The notes under the pieces: model-generated
The model's input: only the letters and a program-made list of their open reading frames with translations
Told to the model about the DNA's origin: nothing
Databases searched by the model: none
Shown: positions 9,419-19,011 of the stretch, piece by piece
How the letters are laid out: every line of letters starts with the position of its first letter
How positions within the stretch are numbered: the first letter of the stretch is position 1
Program-made: the position numbers and the translations under genes
NCBI GenBank assembly: GCA_017414645.1
Contig: JAFQLL010000094.1
Coordinates: 1-56,415, forward strand
DNA: 56,415 nucleotides
Source: Clostridia bacterium
GTDB taxonomy: Bacteria > Bacillota > Clostridia > UMGS1883
Reading direction: 5' to 3'

Positions 9419-10591
9419 ATGAATTCTATGCAGTTAAAATACGGTTCCAACCCCAACCAGAAGCCTTCCCGTATTTATATTGAAAACGGCGATTTGCCCA
9501 TCGAGGTTTTAAACGGCAACCCCGGTTACATCAACCTTCTCGATGCTTTTAACGGTTGGCAGCTTGTTCGCGAGCTTAAGAAAGCTACAGGTCTTCCCGC
9601 TGCTACAAGCTTTAAGCATGTTTCCCCCGCAGGTGCAGCAGTTGGTGAGCCTCTCAGCGACACATTGAAGAAGATTTACTTTGTTGAAGATAAGGAATTG
9701 TCTCCCTTGGCATGTGCATATGCAAGAGCAAGAGGCGCAGACAGAATGAGTTCCTTCGGTGATTTTGTTGCTCTCAGCGACGTTTGTGACGTTCCCACAG
9801 CAATGCTTCTTAAGCCTGAGGTAAGTGACGGTGTTATTGCGCCCGGCTACGAGCCCGAAGCTCTTGAAATTTTAAAGAGCAAGAGAAGAGGCACATATAA
9901 CATTATCAAGATTGATGAAAGCTATGTTCCCGATCCCATTGAACGCAAGCAGGTGTTCGGCATTACATTTGAACAGGGAAGAAACGAGTTGGACATCAAT
10001 TCTGATATGCTCAACGAAGTAGTTACAAATAATAAAGAAATTCCCGAAAGCGCAAAGAGAGACTTGCTTATCGCGCTTATCACACTTAAGTACACACAGT
10101 CTAACTCTGTTTGCTATGCAAAGGATGGTCAGGCTATCGGCATCGGTGCAGGTCAGCAGAGCCGCATTCACTGTACTCGTCTTGCGGGCAGCAAGGCTGA
10201 CAACTGGTGGCTTCGTCAGTCTCCTCAGGTTTTAGGCTTAAAGTTCCTCGACACTGTAGGTAAGCCCGACAGAGACAATGCCATTGACGTTTATATGTCT
10301 GAAGATTATATGGATGTATTGGCTGACGGTGTTTGGGAAAACATTTTTGCAGAAAAGCCTCAGGTTTTCACCAAGGAAGAAAAGAGAGCATGGCTTGATA
10401 AGAATACAGACGTTGCTCTTGGCTCCGATGCATTCTTCCCCTTTGGCGATAACATTGAAAGAGCGTACAAGAGCGGTGTTAAGTATATTGCACAGCCCGG
10501 TGGCTCTAAGCGTGACGATATCGTTATCGAAACCTGTGACCGCTTCGGTATTGCAATGTGCATGACAGGCATTCGTCTTTTCCACCATTAA
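9419..10591 (+). CDS. purH: AICAR formyltransferase (PurH lacking the N-terminal MGS/IMP-cyclohydrolase domain)
   Basis: 390 aa beginning LKYGSNPNQ...SFKHVSPAGAAVG and ending GIRLFHH. This corresponds only to the AICARFT half of bifunctional PurH. Confidence 0.85.
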   Translation: MNSMQLKYGSNPNQKPSRIYIENGDLPIEVLNGNPGYINLLDAFNGWQLVRELKKATGLPAATSFKHVSPAGAAVGEPLSDTLKKIYFVEDKELSPLACAYARARGADRMSSFGDFVALSDVCDVPTAMLLKPEVSDGVIAPGYEPEALEILKSKRRGTYNIIKIDESYVPDPIERKQVFGITFEQGRNELDINSDMLNEVVTNNKEIPESAKRDLLIALITLKYTQSNSVCYAKDGQAIGIGAGQQSRIHCTRLAGSKADNWWLRQSPQVLGLKFLDTVGKPDRDNAIDVYMSEDYMDVLADGVWENIFAEKPQVFTKEEKRAWLDKNTDVALGSDAFFPFGDNIERAYKSGVKYIAQPGGSKRDDIVIETCDRFGIAMCMTGIRLFHH

Positions 10592-10609
10592 TTTTTCGGA
10601 GGAACAATA

Positions 10610-11875
10610 ATGAAAGTTTTAGTAGTTGGCGGCGGCGGAAGAGAGCATACAATTGTATGGAAGCTTTCCCAGAGCCCTAAGGTTGATAAAATATACTGTG
10701 CACCCGGCAATGCAGGCATTGCTACTCTTGCTGAGTGTGTTGCAATCAAAGCAACAGACATTGATGCTATGGTTAACTTTGCCGTTGAAAATAAAATTGA
10801 CATGGTAATGGTTGCACCTGATGACCCTCTTGTACTCGGTATGGTTGATGCTATGGAGGCTAAAGGCATTCGTGCATTCGGTCCCAGAGCAAACGCTGCA
10901 ATTATCGAAGGCAGCAAGGTGTTCAGTAAGGATTTAATGAAAAAGTATAACATTCCTACCGCAAAGTATGAAGTGTTTGACAATGCTGATGCAGCTATTG
11001 AATATCTCCAGACAGCCCCAATTCCTACAGTTATCAAGGCTGAAGGTTTAGCGCTTGGTAAAGGTGTTATTATCGCAATGACGCTTGAGGAGGCTGAAAA
11101 GGCTGTTCACGAAATGATGGAGGACAAGGTTTTCGGCAACGCAGGAAGCCGTATTGTTATTGAAGAATTCCTCTCAGGTCCCGAGGTAAGTGTGCTTGCA
11201 TTTACCGACGGTAAGGTGATTAAGCCCATGGTTTCCGCACAGGACCATAAGAGAGCATATGACAACGATGAAGGTCTCAATACAGGCGGCATGGGAACAT
11301 TCTCTCCCTCTCGCATTTATGACGAAAAAATGGCAGAGGAATGTATGAATAATATTTTCCTTCCCACAATGAATGCCATGAACAAAGAGGGCAGAACTTT
11401 TAAGGGTGTTTTATACTTTGGTCTTATGGCAACAAAGGATGGCGTTAAGGTTATTGAGTATAACTGCCGTTTTGGTGACCCCGAAACACAGGTTGTACTT
11501 CCTCGTTTGGAGAGCGATTTATACGATATTTTCGATGCAATTATCGATGAACGCCTTTCTGAGGTTGACATTAAGTGGCGTGACGGCGGTGCGGTTTGCG
11601 TTGTGTGCGCAAGCGGCGGTTACCCCGTTAAGTACGAATCAGGCTTTGAAATTACAGGCATCGAAGATGCTGAAGCACTCGGTGACATTACAGTGTTCCA
11701 TGCAGGTACAAAGAATACTGACGGCAAAATTGTTACCGCAGGTGGCAGAGTTCTTGGTGTTACTGCTGTTGCTGAAAGCCTCGATGCTGCTATCAAAAAA
11801 GCATACGAAGGTGTAGATAAAGTGCACTTTGATAAAATGCACTACAGAAAAGATATTGGCATAAAGAAGTATTGA
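10610..11875 (+). CDS. purD: Phosphoribosylamine-glycine ligase
   Basis: MKVLVVGGGGREHTIVWKL and ATP-grasp motifs. Confidence 0.95.
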   Translation: MKVLVVGGGGREHTIVWKLSQSPKVDKIYCAPGNAGIATLAECVAIKATDIDAMVNFAVENKIDMVMVAPDDPLVLGMVDAMEAKGIRAFGPRANAAIIEGSKVFSKDLMKKYNIPTAKYEVFDNADAAIEYLQTAPIPTVIKAEGLALGKGVIIAMTLEEAEKAVHEMMEDKVFGNAGSRIVIEEFLSGPEVSVLAFTDGKVIKPMVSAQDHKRAYDNDEGLNTGGMGTFSPSRIYDEKMAEECMNNIFLPTMNAMNKEGRTFKGVLYFGLMATKDGVKVIEYNCRFGDPETQVVLPRLESDLYDIFDAIIDERLSEVDIKWRDGGAVCVVCASGGYPVKYESGFEITGIEDAEALGDITVFHAGTKNTDGKIVTAGGRVLGVTAVAESLDAAIKKAYEGVDKVHFDKMHYRKDIGIKKY

Positions 11876-11876
11876 T

Positions 11877-13010
11877 ATGAATAAGAATACACAAAATAAG
11901 ATTAACTTTTTTCTCTCCGTTCTTGACGAAAGGTTCAGGAACGGGGAGGAATACTTCCTTGGAATTGATATAAGCTTTAAATCAGGCACAAAAACTTTCC
12001 CCGCTACAGTAAAAAAAGAGGGGTCTGTTTTTGTGTTTCTTCATAATGCGGAAAAATTGCCCTTTGAATGGAGCCTGATTCCCAAGGCATGCGAAAATTA
12101 CGATGCTATGCGTCTTGTGTATAAGGAACGTGGCACCAATGCCGTTATTGAAGCCAGCGACAGAAATGTAACTCTTAAATATGAGGACAGCGCAGAAAAT
12201 GCTGAAGAAACAACCGCAACAGTAAAGAACAACCGCGATTATCTCATTAAACCACCCAAGGCTAACACTCTTTTAAAAGAAATAGGAATAATGGGCGAAA
12301 ACGGTAAAATAAAGAACGATATGGTCAGAAAGTATAATCAGATCGACCATTTTGTTGAGCTTGTGAGCGACCATTTAAAGAGGCTTGACGATAAGGTTGA
12401 AGTGCTGGATTGCGCCTGCGGTAAAAGCTATCTTTCTTTTGCCCTTAATTACTACCTTCGTGACGTTCTTAAGAAGGATTGTCACGTGACAGGTGTTGAC
12501 TATTCCGACATTGTAATTAAGGCTTCTAAAAAGAGTGCAGAAAATATGGGCTATAGCAACATGACCTTTGTTAAAGCTGATTTAACCGACTATAAGGTTA
12601 CAACACCACCGGATGTGGTAATAAGCCTTCATGCCTGCGACATTGCAACAGATATGGCAATTGCAGCCGGTATAAACAACGGCGCAAAAGCAATTTTTGC
12701 GGTACCCTGCTGCCATAAGGAGCTTTTAGGGCAGTATTCCTACGATGAATTTGCTCCGCTTTTAAAGCATGGCATTTTCAAAGCACGAATGGCAGACTTG
12801 TTAACCGATAGCTTAAGATGTCTTCTTTTAGAGGCATGTGGTTACACTGTGACCGCCCAGGAATACATTTCGCCAGTAGAAACCCCGAAAAATTTACTTA
12901 TTAAAGCCTTTAAGGACGGCAAAAGGCAAAAAGAAGCCAAGGAAGAGTACTATAAGCTTAAAGAAATGCTTGGCGTAACACCGAAGTTGGAAACACTTAT
13001 AAAGCTGTGA
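11877..13010 (+). CDS. Class I SAM-dependent methyltransferase (Methyltransf_32-like), substrate unknown
   Basis: ATG 1 nt after the purD stop. VLDCACGKSYLSF (SAM motif I), VISLHACD and AVPCCHKE. Confidence 0.65.
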   Translation: MNKNTQNKINFFLSVLDERFRNGEEYFLGIDISFKSGTKTFPATVKKEGSVFVFLHNAEKLPFEWSLIPKACENYDAMRLVYKERGTNAVIEASDRNVTLKYEDSAENAEETTATVKNNRDYLIKPPKANTLLKEIGIMGENGKIKNDMVRKYNQIDHFVELVSDHLKRLDDKVEVLDCACGKSYLSFALNYYLRDVLKKDCHVTGVDYSDIVIKASKKSAENMGYSNMTFVKADLTDYKVTTPPDVVISLHACDIATDMAIAAGINNGAKAIFAVPCCHKELLGQYSYDEFAPLLKHGIFKARMADLLTDSLRCLLLEACGYTVTAQEYISPVETPKNLLIKAFKDGKRQKEAKEEYYKLKEMLGVTPKLETLIKL

Positions 13011-13018
13011 GGTGGCCT

Positions 13019-13561
13019 ATGAAAATACTTTTTGCATCAGACATACATGGAAGTGAATATTACGCTAAAAAGCTCGTGGATAAATATCACGAGCTTAATT
13101 GTAATAAAATGGTGCTTCTGGGCGACATTCTCTATCATGGCCCCAGAAACGATTTGCCCGAAGGTTATAACCCTAAAGGTGTGATTGCTCTTTTAAATGC
13201 TATGAGCGATGAAATTCTTTGTGTTCGCGGTAACTGCGAGGCAGAGGTTGACCAGATGGTGCTTGAATTTTCATGCATGAGCGACAGCATGATCATGTAC
13301 GAAAAGGGCAGAATGCTTTTCATTACTCACGGACATTTATACAATAAGGAAAATCTACCAAAGCTGAAGAGTGGCGACATTCTTATTCACGGACATACAC
13401 ATGTGCAGACTATTGAAAAGTTCGGAAGCAATACTTATATTAATCCGGGCAGTGTGTCTATCCCGAAAGAGGACAATCCGCCGACGTTTATGCTTTATGA
13501 AAATAGTAAATTCACTATTTATGATTTTGATATGAATATACTGAATGAGGTGACGATATGA
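13019..13561 (+). CDS. YfcE/MJ0936-family metallophosphoesterase
   Basis: ATG at 13019 after GAGGTGG. MKILFASDIHGS, GDILYHGPRN, RGNCE and GHTH motifs. Confidence 0.8.
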   Translation: MKILFASDIHGSEYYAKKLVDKYHELNCNKMVLLGDILYHGPRNDLPEGYNPKGVIALLNAMSDEILCVRGNCEAEVDQMVLEFSCMSDSMIMYEKGRMLFITHGHLYNKENLPKLKSGDILIHGHTHVQTIEKFGSNTYINPGSVSIPKEDNPPTFMLYENSKFTIYDFDMNILNEVTI

Positions 13562-15846
13562 ATAAAATTACACTGTTTCCCGACAAAAGAATGCATCAAT
13601 TAGGCGATTTGTACGGCATATTTTTTGAAGATATTAACCATAGCGCCGATGGCGGACTTTATGCTGAGCTGGTGCAGAACCGTTCCTTTGAATTTGATAA
13701 AATCGATAACTGGAGATATGACCACTTAACTGCATGGGAAAAGATAGGCGAGTGCGACATTGAAGTCGGGCACGATTATCCTTTAAATAGAAACAACATT
13801 CATTACCTTGCAATTAAATGCACCGGTGAAGTTTGCGGTGTGAAAAACACAGGCTTCAACGATGGAATGAACATTGTAAAGGGTGAAGAATACAGTTTTT
13901 CCTTCTATGGTCGTCGCAATACAGGCTTTAACAATGAAGTAATCATCAGTCTTGTTGATAAAGAAAACGGAGCGCCGATAGCTTCTGAAAGCGTAAAAAT
14001 CAAAAGCTGTGATTGGGAAAAGTACAATGGCGTGCTTGTGGCTACGGAAAGTGCTACATGTCATTTGTGTATTACAACAAGCGGAAAGAGCATGGTTTAT
14101 CTTGACGATGTGTCGCTGTTTCCGCCTACATATAAGAATCGTGAAAACGGTTTAAGGCGCGACCTTGCAGAGCTTCTTGGTGATTTAAAGCCCAAATTTA
14201 TGCGCTTTCCCGGTGGTTGCCTGGTTCACGACGGCAACCTTGACCCCCATGCAAGAAATGCCTTGTATCGTTGGAAAAACACCATTGGCGATGTTTCCGA
14301 AAGACCTGCAAGACGCAGTAATTGGGGTTATAATCAGACCTTAGGATTAGGCTATTATGAATACTTCCTCTTCTGTGAGGATATTGGAGCAAAGCCGCTT
14401 CCTGTGCTTCCCGCTGCATACAATCCTCATCGCAGAGATGCTGCTCCTTTTGAAGAACTCAAGCCCTGGATTGACGACGCACTTGATTTAATTGAGTTTG
14501 CAAACGGTGATGTGAACACAAAATGGGGTAAAATACGTGCAGAATTAGGTCATAGCGAGCCCTTTAACCTTGAATATCTTGCAATAGGCAACGAAGAGGT
14601 AGGGGACGACTTTTTTGAACGTTACCCTTACTTTCACAATGCTATAAAGGCAAAATATCCGGAAATTAAGCTTATCGGCTCTTCCGGTCCGTTCCCTTGC
14701 GGAGGCGAATTCGAAAAGGGCTGGAAGTGTGCACGTGAAAACAAGAGTGAATTTGTTGATGAGCATTATTACGTTTCTCCCGAATGGATGCTTGCCAATA
14801 ATAAACGCTACTTTGAATACGACAAAAATGGTCCCAAGGTATTTTTGGGCGAATATGCATCCTGGGGTAATACATTTTACAATGCTCTTATTGAAGCAAG
14901 CTATATGACAGCTATGGAAAAAAGCGGAACTGTAGGCTTGGCATGCTATGCGCCTCTTCTTGCAAATGCCGACTACGTTAACTGGAGACCTGACCTTATC
15001 TGGTTTAACGGCAAGAAGGCATATGGCACACCTAACTACTATGTACAGAAAATGTTCATGGCAAACCAGGGTGAATATGCTTTTGAACACAGCGTTGAGA
15101 ACGAAAAAGCAGCTGTGGAATTTGGTGGCGACATCTTTGGCGAGATATGGTTTGAAACTATTCATACCTCTGCAGAGTTTTCGGATGTTAGAATTAACGG
15201 TGAACCTGTAAAGCATAATAACTTTACAACAAACAAGGAGGGTTCACAAATTGTAAAGCTTGAAGAAATCGGGAAAATAGGCAATTTTGAGTTAACATGT
15301 AAAGCTAAAGAGCTTGACGGAATAAGGGGCTTCACGATACGTTTTGGTGTTGGCAAAAATCTTTATTATCGTTGGGAATGTGCCGGCTGGCAGAATCAGG
15401 ACAGCGCCGTGTGCTCTCACACAAATAACCGTGAAGCGGTGCTTGCTCATGAATGCAGAACCATTGAACAGGGCAGAGTATATGATCTTAAGCTGAAGGT
15501 TGAAAACAATACTGTGACCTGTTATATAGATGGCGAAATGATACACAATGTTAAGGTTAACAAAACTGTTATGGAGCCTATTTACACATCAACTGCGATT
15601 GATGAAAACGGAAACCTTATATTAAAGGCGGTAAATGTTCAGGACACAGATTATGAGGCAACAATTGAAACAAACCGCAAAATAAGCAGCGTTGAAGCTG
15701 AAATGCTTAAGGCTGAGCTCAATGCGGAAAACAGCTTCGAATGCCCCGAAAACGTTTCACCTACGACTATTAAGGTCAAATTCGATTCATCCGTAATTAA
15801 GCACAGTTTCCCGGCTCATAGCGTGACGGTAATGGTAATTAAATGA
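13558..15846 (+). CDS. Alpha-L-arabinofuranosidase, GH51 (long form), no signal peptide
   Basis: ATGA overlap with the upstream gene. ADGGLYAELVQNRSFEF, LAIGNEE (acid/base) and FLGEYAS (nucleophile) motifs, with a C-terminal beta-sandwich-like extension. Confidence 0.8.
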   Translation: MNKITLFPDKRMHQLGDLYGIFFEDINHSADGGLYAELVQNRSFEFDKIDNWRYDHLTAWEKIGECDIEVGHDYPLNRNNIHYLAIKCTGEVCGVKNTGFNDGMNIVKGEEYSFSFYGRRNTGFNNEVIISLVDKENGAPIASESVKIKSCDWEKYNGVLVATESATCHLCITTSGKSMVYLDDVSLFPPTYKNRENGLRRDLAELLGDLKPKFMRFPGGCLVHDGNLDPHARNALYRWKNTIGDVSERPARRSNWGYNQTLGLGYYEYFLFCEDIGAKPLPVLPAAYNPHRRDAAPFEELKPWIDDALDLIEFANGDVNTKWGKIRAELGHSEPFNLEYLAIGNEEVGDDFFERYPYFHNAIKAKYPEIKLIGSSGPFPCGGEFEKGWKCARENKSEFVDEHYYVSPEWMLANNKRYFEYDKNGPKVFLGEYASWGNTFYNALIEASYMTAMEKSGTVGLACYAPLLANADYVNWRPDLIWFNGKKAYGTPNYYVQKMFMANQGEYAFEHSVENEKAAVEFGGDIFGEIWFETIHTSAEFSDVRINGEPVKHNNFTTNKEGSQIVKLEEIGKIGNFELTCKAKELDGIRGFTIRFGVGKNLYYRWECAGWQNQDSAVCSHTNNREAVLAHECRTIEQGRVYDLKLKVENNTVTCYIDGEMIHNVKVNKTVMEPIYTSTAIDENGNLILKAVNVQDTDYEATIETNRKISSVEAEMLKAELNAENSFECPENVSPTTIKVKFDSSVIKHSFPAHSVTVMVIK

Positions 15847-17729
15847 GTATTTTAAAAGTATTTTCAAGCAAAATTATTGATAATACCGTAAACATAATTG
15901 AGACAAAACCTCTGGCGGTGTTTTCTGTTTTATCTTTTATGTTTATAATTATGAGGCTCTATTTTCCCGTAGAGCCTCTGCTTATATTGCTGTTTTTTAT
16001 TGGCTTGTTTCTTATTTGTCTGACAATACATGATAAAATCAGCACATTTATTGCCGTTTTTCTTTGTGCAGCAATGTTCATCGGCATATTTTCAACCTCA
16101 AACAAGCTGTCATCTTATGAAAAAGTAACTAATATGCTTGACGAACAAACGGTAAGGGTAGAGGGAGAAATTTCTTCTGTGCCGGATGAAGGCAAATACA
16201 AAACAACATTTTTTCTTGAATGTGACAGGGTACACTCGCACAAAGGCTTATACGATAATAATCTTAAAATTTATGTAAAGGCAGACAAAGGAATAGATTT
16301 TAAGTTGGGTGACAAGCTTTCTTTTAACGCCACCCTCAAAGCAGCCGATATAAAAGATGCAGGGCTCAGCAGGCATTATCTTTCAAAAGGTGCACCTTTA
16401 GTTGCCAACGACCTTACAATTCTTAGCCTTGAAAAACCCAAAGCTTTTCATAATATGGTTGCAGCGGCACGAAACTACATAATTTCCCTTGGCAATAAGT
16501 TCTTTACAGGTGATGCCCGTGAACTTTTTAAAGCCTTGACAGCCGGAGATAAAAGCGATTTTTCAAGCGATCTTACATCTAACCTGAACCGTTCTGGCTT
16601 AAGTCATATTGCTTGTGTGTCGGGTCTGCATGTATCTATTTTAGGTATGGCGATTTACAATCTCCTAAGACGAAGAAACAGGGTTTTATCAGCTACTCTT
16701 GCAGTTACAGTTGTATGGCTCTTTTCTTTAATAACGGGTTCTTCACCGTCAACGCTTCGTGCTTGTATTATGTTTACAAGCTTTATTATAGCTAAAATGG
16801 TATTAATGGATAACGACAGCTTTACGGCACTTTCTTTTTCTGCAATGCTGCTTGCCGTTATAAACCCCTTTGTTATATACGATTGGGGCTTTATATTGTC
16901 GTTTATGAGCGTTTTAGGCATTCAGATATTTTCATTCTATTTTAAAAACATGCTCAGCTTTCTGCCGGAACCACTTGCCGATTCAATGTCGGTAACCATT
17001 TCAGCACAGCTTATGACAATTCCTGTATTAACAAATATGTTTGGCTATCTGAGCGTATATTCAATTCCTGCAAACATAGTTGTTTCTGCAATCTTCTTAT
17101 GGGTACTGTATTTGTGTTTTGTGCTCATAGTGTTTTCCTATGTGCCGTGGCTTAATTGGCTAATTGGTATTGTGTGCGCTTTGGGGCTTGACATTATAGC
17201 TGTAGTGGCAAACCTTTTTGCCGATCTGCCGGGCAGTATTATGTTTGTAAACCGCTTTGATGTTATTGAATATATTGCCTATTATTCAATAGTTATTATG
17301 TTTGTTTTCCGTAAAAAGCTGTCGTCATATTTTATAAGCGCGGTTTTGTTCATTTTGGCGGCAATTCTGATAATAACAACCTATGTGCCAATTTCGCCTA
17401 CAGATAAATATCGCATTTGCGACGATTCTATGCTGTATATAAGGGAAAATAAAACAGTTCTTCTTGCACATGAGGGCTTTTCCGAGGTTGAAGCCTGTCT
17501 CATAGAAGAAAATTTGTATAACACAATAGATCACTATATTGTATGTAACTCACTTGCAAGCTACGAGCGTGCATTGGTTGATATGAAAGATAGTGTATAT
17601 ACGCTTCACATTTCGGAGAATGAAAAACAATCCGATTTTACTGCCTTTGCGCAAAAATTAGGCTATGAAATTGAATATTATCGGGAATACATCGATTTTG
17701 ATGAATATATTTCCAAGCTTCTTAAATAG
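15843..17729 (+). CDS. comEC: ComEC/Rec2-family membrane protein without a recognisable metallo-beta-lactamase domain
   Basis: ATGA overlap with the GH51 gene. N-terminal OB-like region (VRVEGEISSVPDEG), SGLSHIACVSGLHVSILG competence-domain motif, many TM helices. No HxHxDH motif in the C-terminal ~120 aa. TAG stop. Confidence 0.8.
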   Translation: MSILKVFSSKIIDNTVNIIETKPLAVFSVLSFMFIIMRLYFPVEPLLILLFFIGLFLICLTIHDKISTFIAVFLCAAMFIGIFSTSNKLSSYEKVTNMLDEQTVRVEGEISSVPDEGKYKTTFFLECDRVHSHKGLYDNNLKIYVKADKGIDFKLGDKLSFNATLKAADIKDAGLSRHYLSKGAPLVANDLTILSLEKPKAFHNMVAAARNYIISLGNKFFTGDARELFKALTAGDKSDFSSDLTSNLNRSGLSHIACVSGLHVSILGMAIYNLLRRRNRVLSATLAVTVVWLFSLITGSSPSTLRACIMFTSFIIAKMVLMDNDSFTALSFSAMLLAVINPFVIYDWGFILSFMSVLGIQIFSFYFKNMLSFLPEPLADSMSVTISAQLMTIPVLTNMFGYLSVYSIPANIVVSAIFLWVLYLCFVLIVFSYVPWLNWLIGIVCALGLDIIAVVANLFADLPGSIMFVNRFDVIEYIAYYSIVIMFVFRKKLSSYFISAVLFILAAILIITTYVPISPTDKYRICDDSMLYIRENKTVLLAHEGFSEVEACLIEENLYNTIDHYIVCNSLASYERALVDMKDSVYTLHISENEKQSDFTAFAQKLGYEIEYYREYIDFDEYISKLLK

Positions 17730-17757
17730 AAAGTGTTTTTTTCACTTTCTATTTTTT
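17728..17757 (+). terminator. Rho-independent terminator after comEC
   Basis: AGAAAGTG / CACTTTCT stem with T7 loop, followed by ATTTTTT. Confidence 0.8.
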
Positions 17758-17760
17758 CTA

Positions 17761-17809
17761 TTGACAAGACTACAAATGTAGTCTATAATGATGTTGACTA
17801 CAATTGTAG
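17761..17809 (+). promoter_or_regulatory. Promoter with two BlaI/MecI-type TACA..TGTA operators
   Basis: TTGACA (17761-17766), 17-nt spacer, TATAAT (17784-17789). The spacer is an 18-bp perfect palindrome AGACTACAAATGTAGTCT (17767-17784). A second 12-bp palindrome CTACAATTGTAG lies at 17798-17809. Confidence 0.7.
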
Positions 17810-17826
17810 GCGAAGGAGGAATAGTA

Positions 17827-18186
17827 ATGTCTAAAGCAATAACAGAATCTGAATACGAAATCATGAAAATACTCTGGGAAAGTGACAAACCACTTGGTCT
17901 TGGCGAAATAATGAGCGCTCTTGGTGACAAATGGGCACGAAACACCGTTGGCACCCTTCTTACAAGGCTGACGGAAAAAGGCGTTGTAGGCGCAGAGAAG
18001 CAGGGAAAAAGCAATTTGTACTATGCAATTACAAAAGAAACGGAATATAGCATGAATGAAACAAAAAGCCTGTTGTCGAAGCTTTTTAAAGGCTCCATCG
18101 GAAACCTTGTTGCATGCTTATATGAAAACAAAGAGCTTTCTGCGGAAGAAATAGAAAGCCTCAGAAAAATTATTAACGGAGACTGA
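17827..18186 (+). CDS. BlaI/MecI/CopY-family transcriptional repressor
   Basis: ATG at 17827 after GAAGGAGGA. SEYEIMKILWE...GEIMSAL...WARNTVGTLLTRLTEKG winged-helix pattern. Confidence 0.9.
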   Translation: MSKAITESEYEIMKILWESDKPLGLGEIMSALGDKWARNTVGTLLTRLTEKGVVGAEKQGKSNLYYAITKETEYSMNETKSLLSKLFKGSIGNLVACLYENKELSAEEIESLRKIINGD

Positions 18187-18188
18187 TT

Positions 18189-19007
18189 ATGACAGATATT
18201 CTGAGAACATTGTTATTTTTAAATATTCAGGGAAGCGTGCTTGTTATATTGCTTCTTTTATTAAAGCGGGTGATACAAAAATCCTTCTCGGGCAGAGCGC
18301 AAAGAAGACTTTGGCTTTTAGCAGCTGTAGTATTTTTGCTTCCTGTGTGGAATTTAGTTCCCGAAAACACTGCTCCGAATATAATTTTGCCGTATTATTC
18401 TGAAAATATTTTTACATATGAAACTCCGGGCAATACTGCAGCCGTGTGGGAAACACAAGATGAAAAGCTTGTGGCAGATATGGATGCCTCGGTAGAAAAT
18501 ATTGATTATCGCTTAATAGTTTTATCTGTGTGGGGAGCGGTAGCCGGCTTGTTCTTACTTTTCAACATAGGTGGATATGCAATATTCCTTATAAAAAAGC
18601 GCAGAAAAAGTGAAAACATTACCGATGATAAGTTTTCCGCCATACTTCAGAGTCTGGATATAAAAATCAAAATAAGGCTCAGGCAATGCGATGATGTCGA
18701 CTCTCCGATGTTAACAGGTGTATTTTACCCTGTTGTATACATTCCGAGGAAAAGCCTTACAGAAAATGAATTAACGCATGTATACAGCCACGAGCTTACT
18801 CATTACAAGCATAAGGATTTACTCATAAAATGGTTTGTGTGCGTTATAAATGCAATTAACTGGTTTAATCCTTTCGTATATTTGGTTATGAAAAACCTTA
18901 ACGAAGCCTGTGAAATCTATTGTGACGAGGCTGTAACAAAAAACATGGATGATGAGGGCAAAAAGCAGTACATGAACACAATACTTAATTTAGTTGCAAA
19001 GAAGTGA
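18189..19007 (+). CDS. M56-family (BlaR1/MecR1-like) zinc metalloprotease, truncated form lacking TM4 and sensor domain
   Basis: Three N-terminal TM helices, SPMLTGVFYPVVYIP, HELTHYKHKD (HExxH), WFNPFVY and EIYCDEAV. The protein ends ~25 aa after these motifs. Confidence 0.85.
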   Translation: MTDILRTLLFLNIQGSVLVILLLLLKRVIQKSFSGRAQRRLWLLAAVVFLLPVWNLVPENTAPNIILPYYSENIFTYETPGNTAAVWETQDEKLVADMDASVENIDYRLIVLSVWGAVAGLFLLFNIGGYAIFLIKKRRKSENITDDKFSAILQSLDIKIKIRLRQCDDVDSPMLTGVFYPVVYIPRKSLTENELTHVYSHELTHYKHKDLLIKWFVCVINAINWFNPFVYLVMKNLNEACEIYCDEAVTKNMDDEGKKQYMNTILNLVAKK

Positions 19008-19011
19008 TAAT

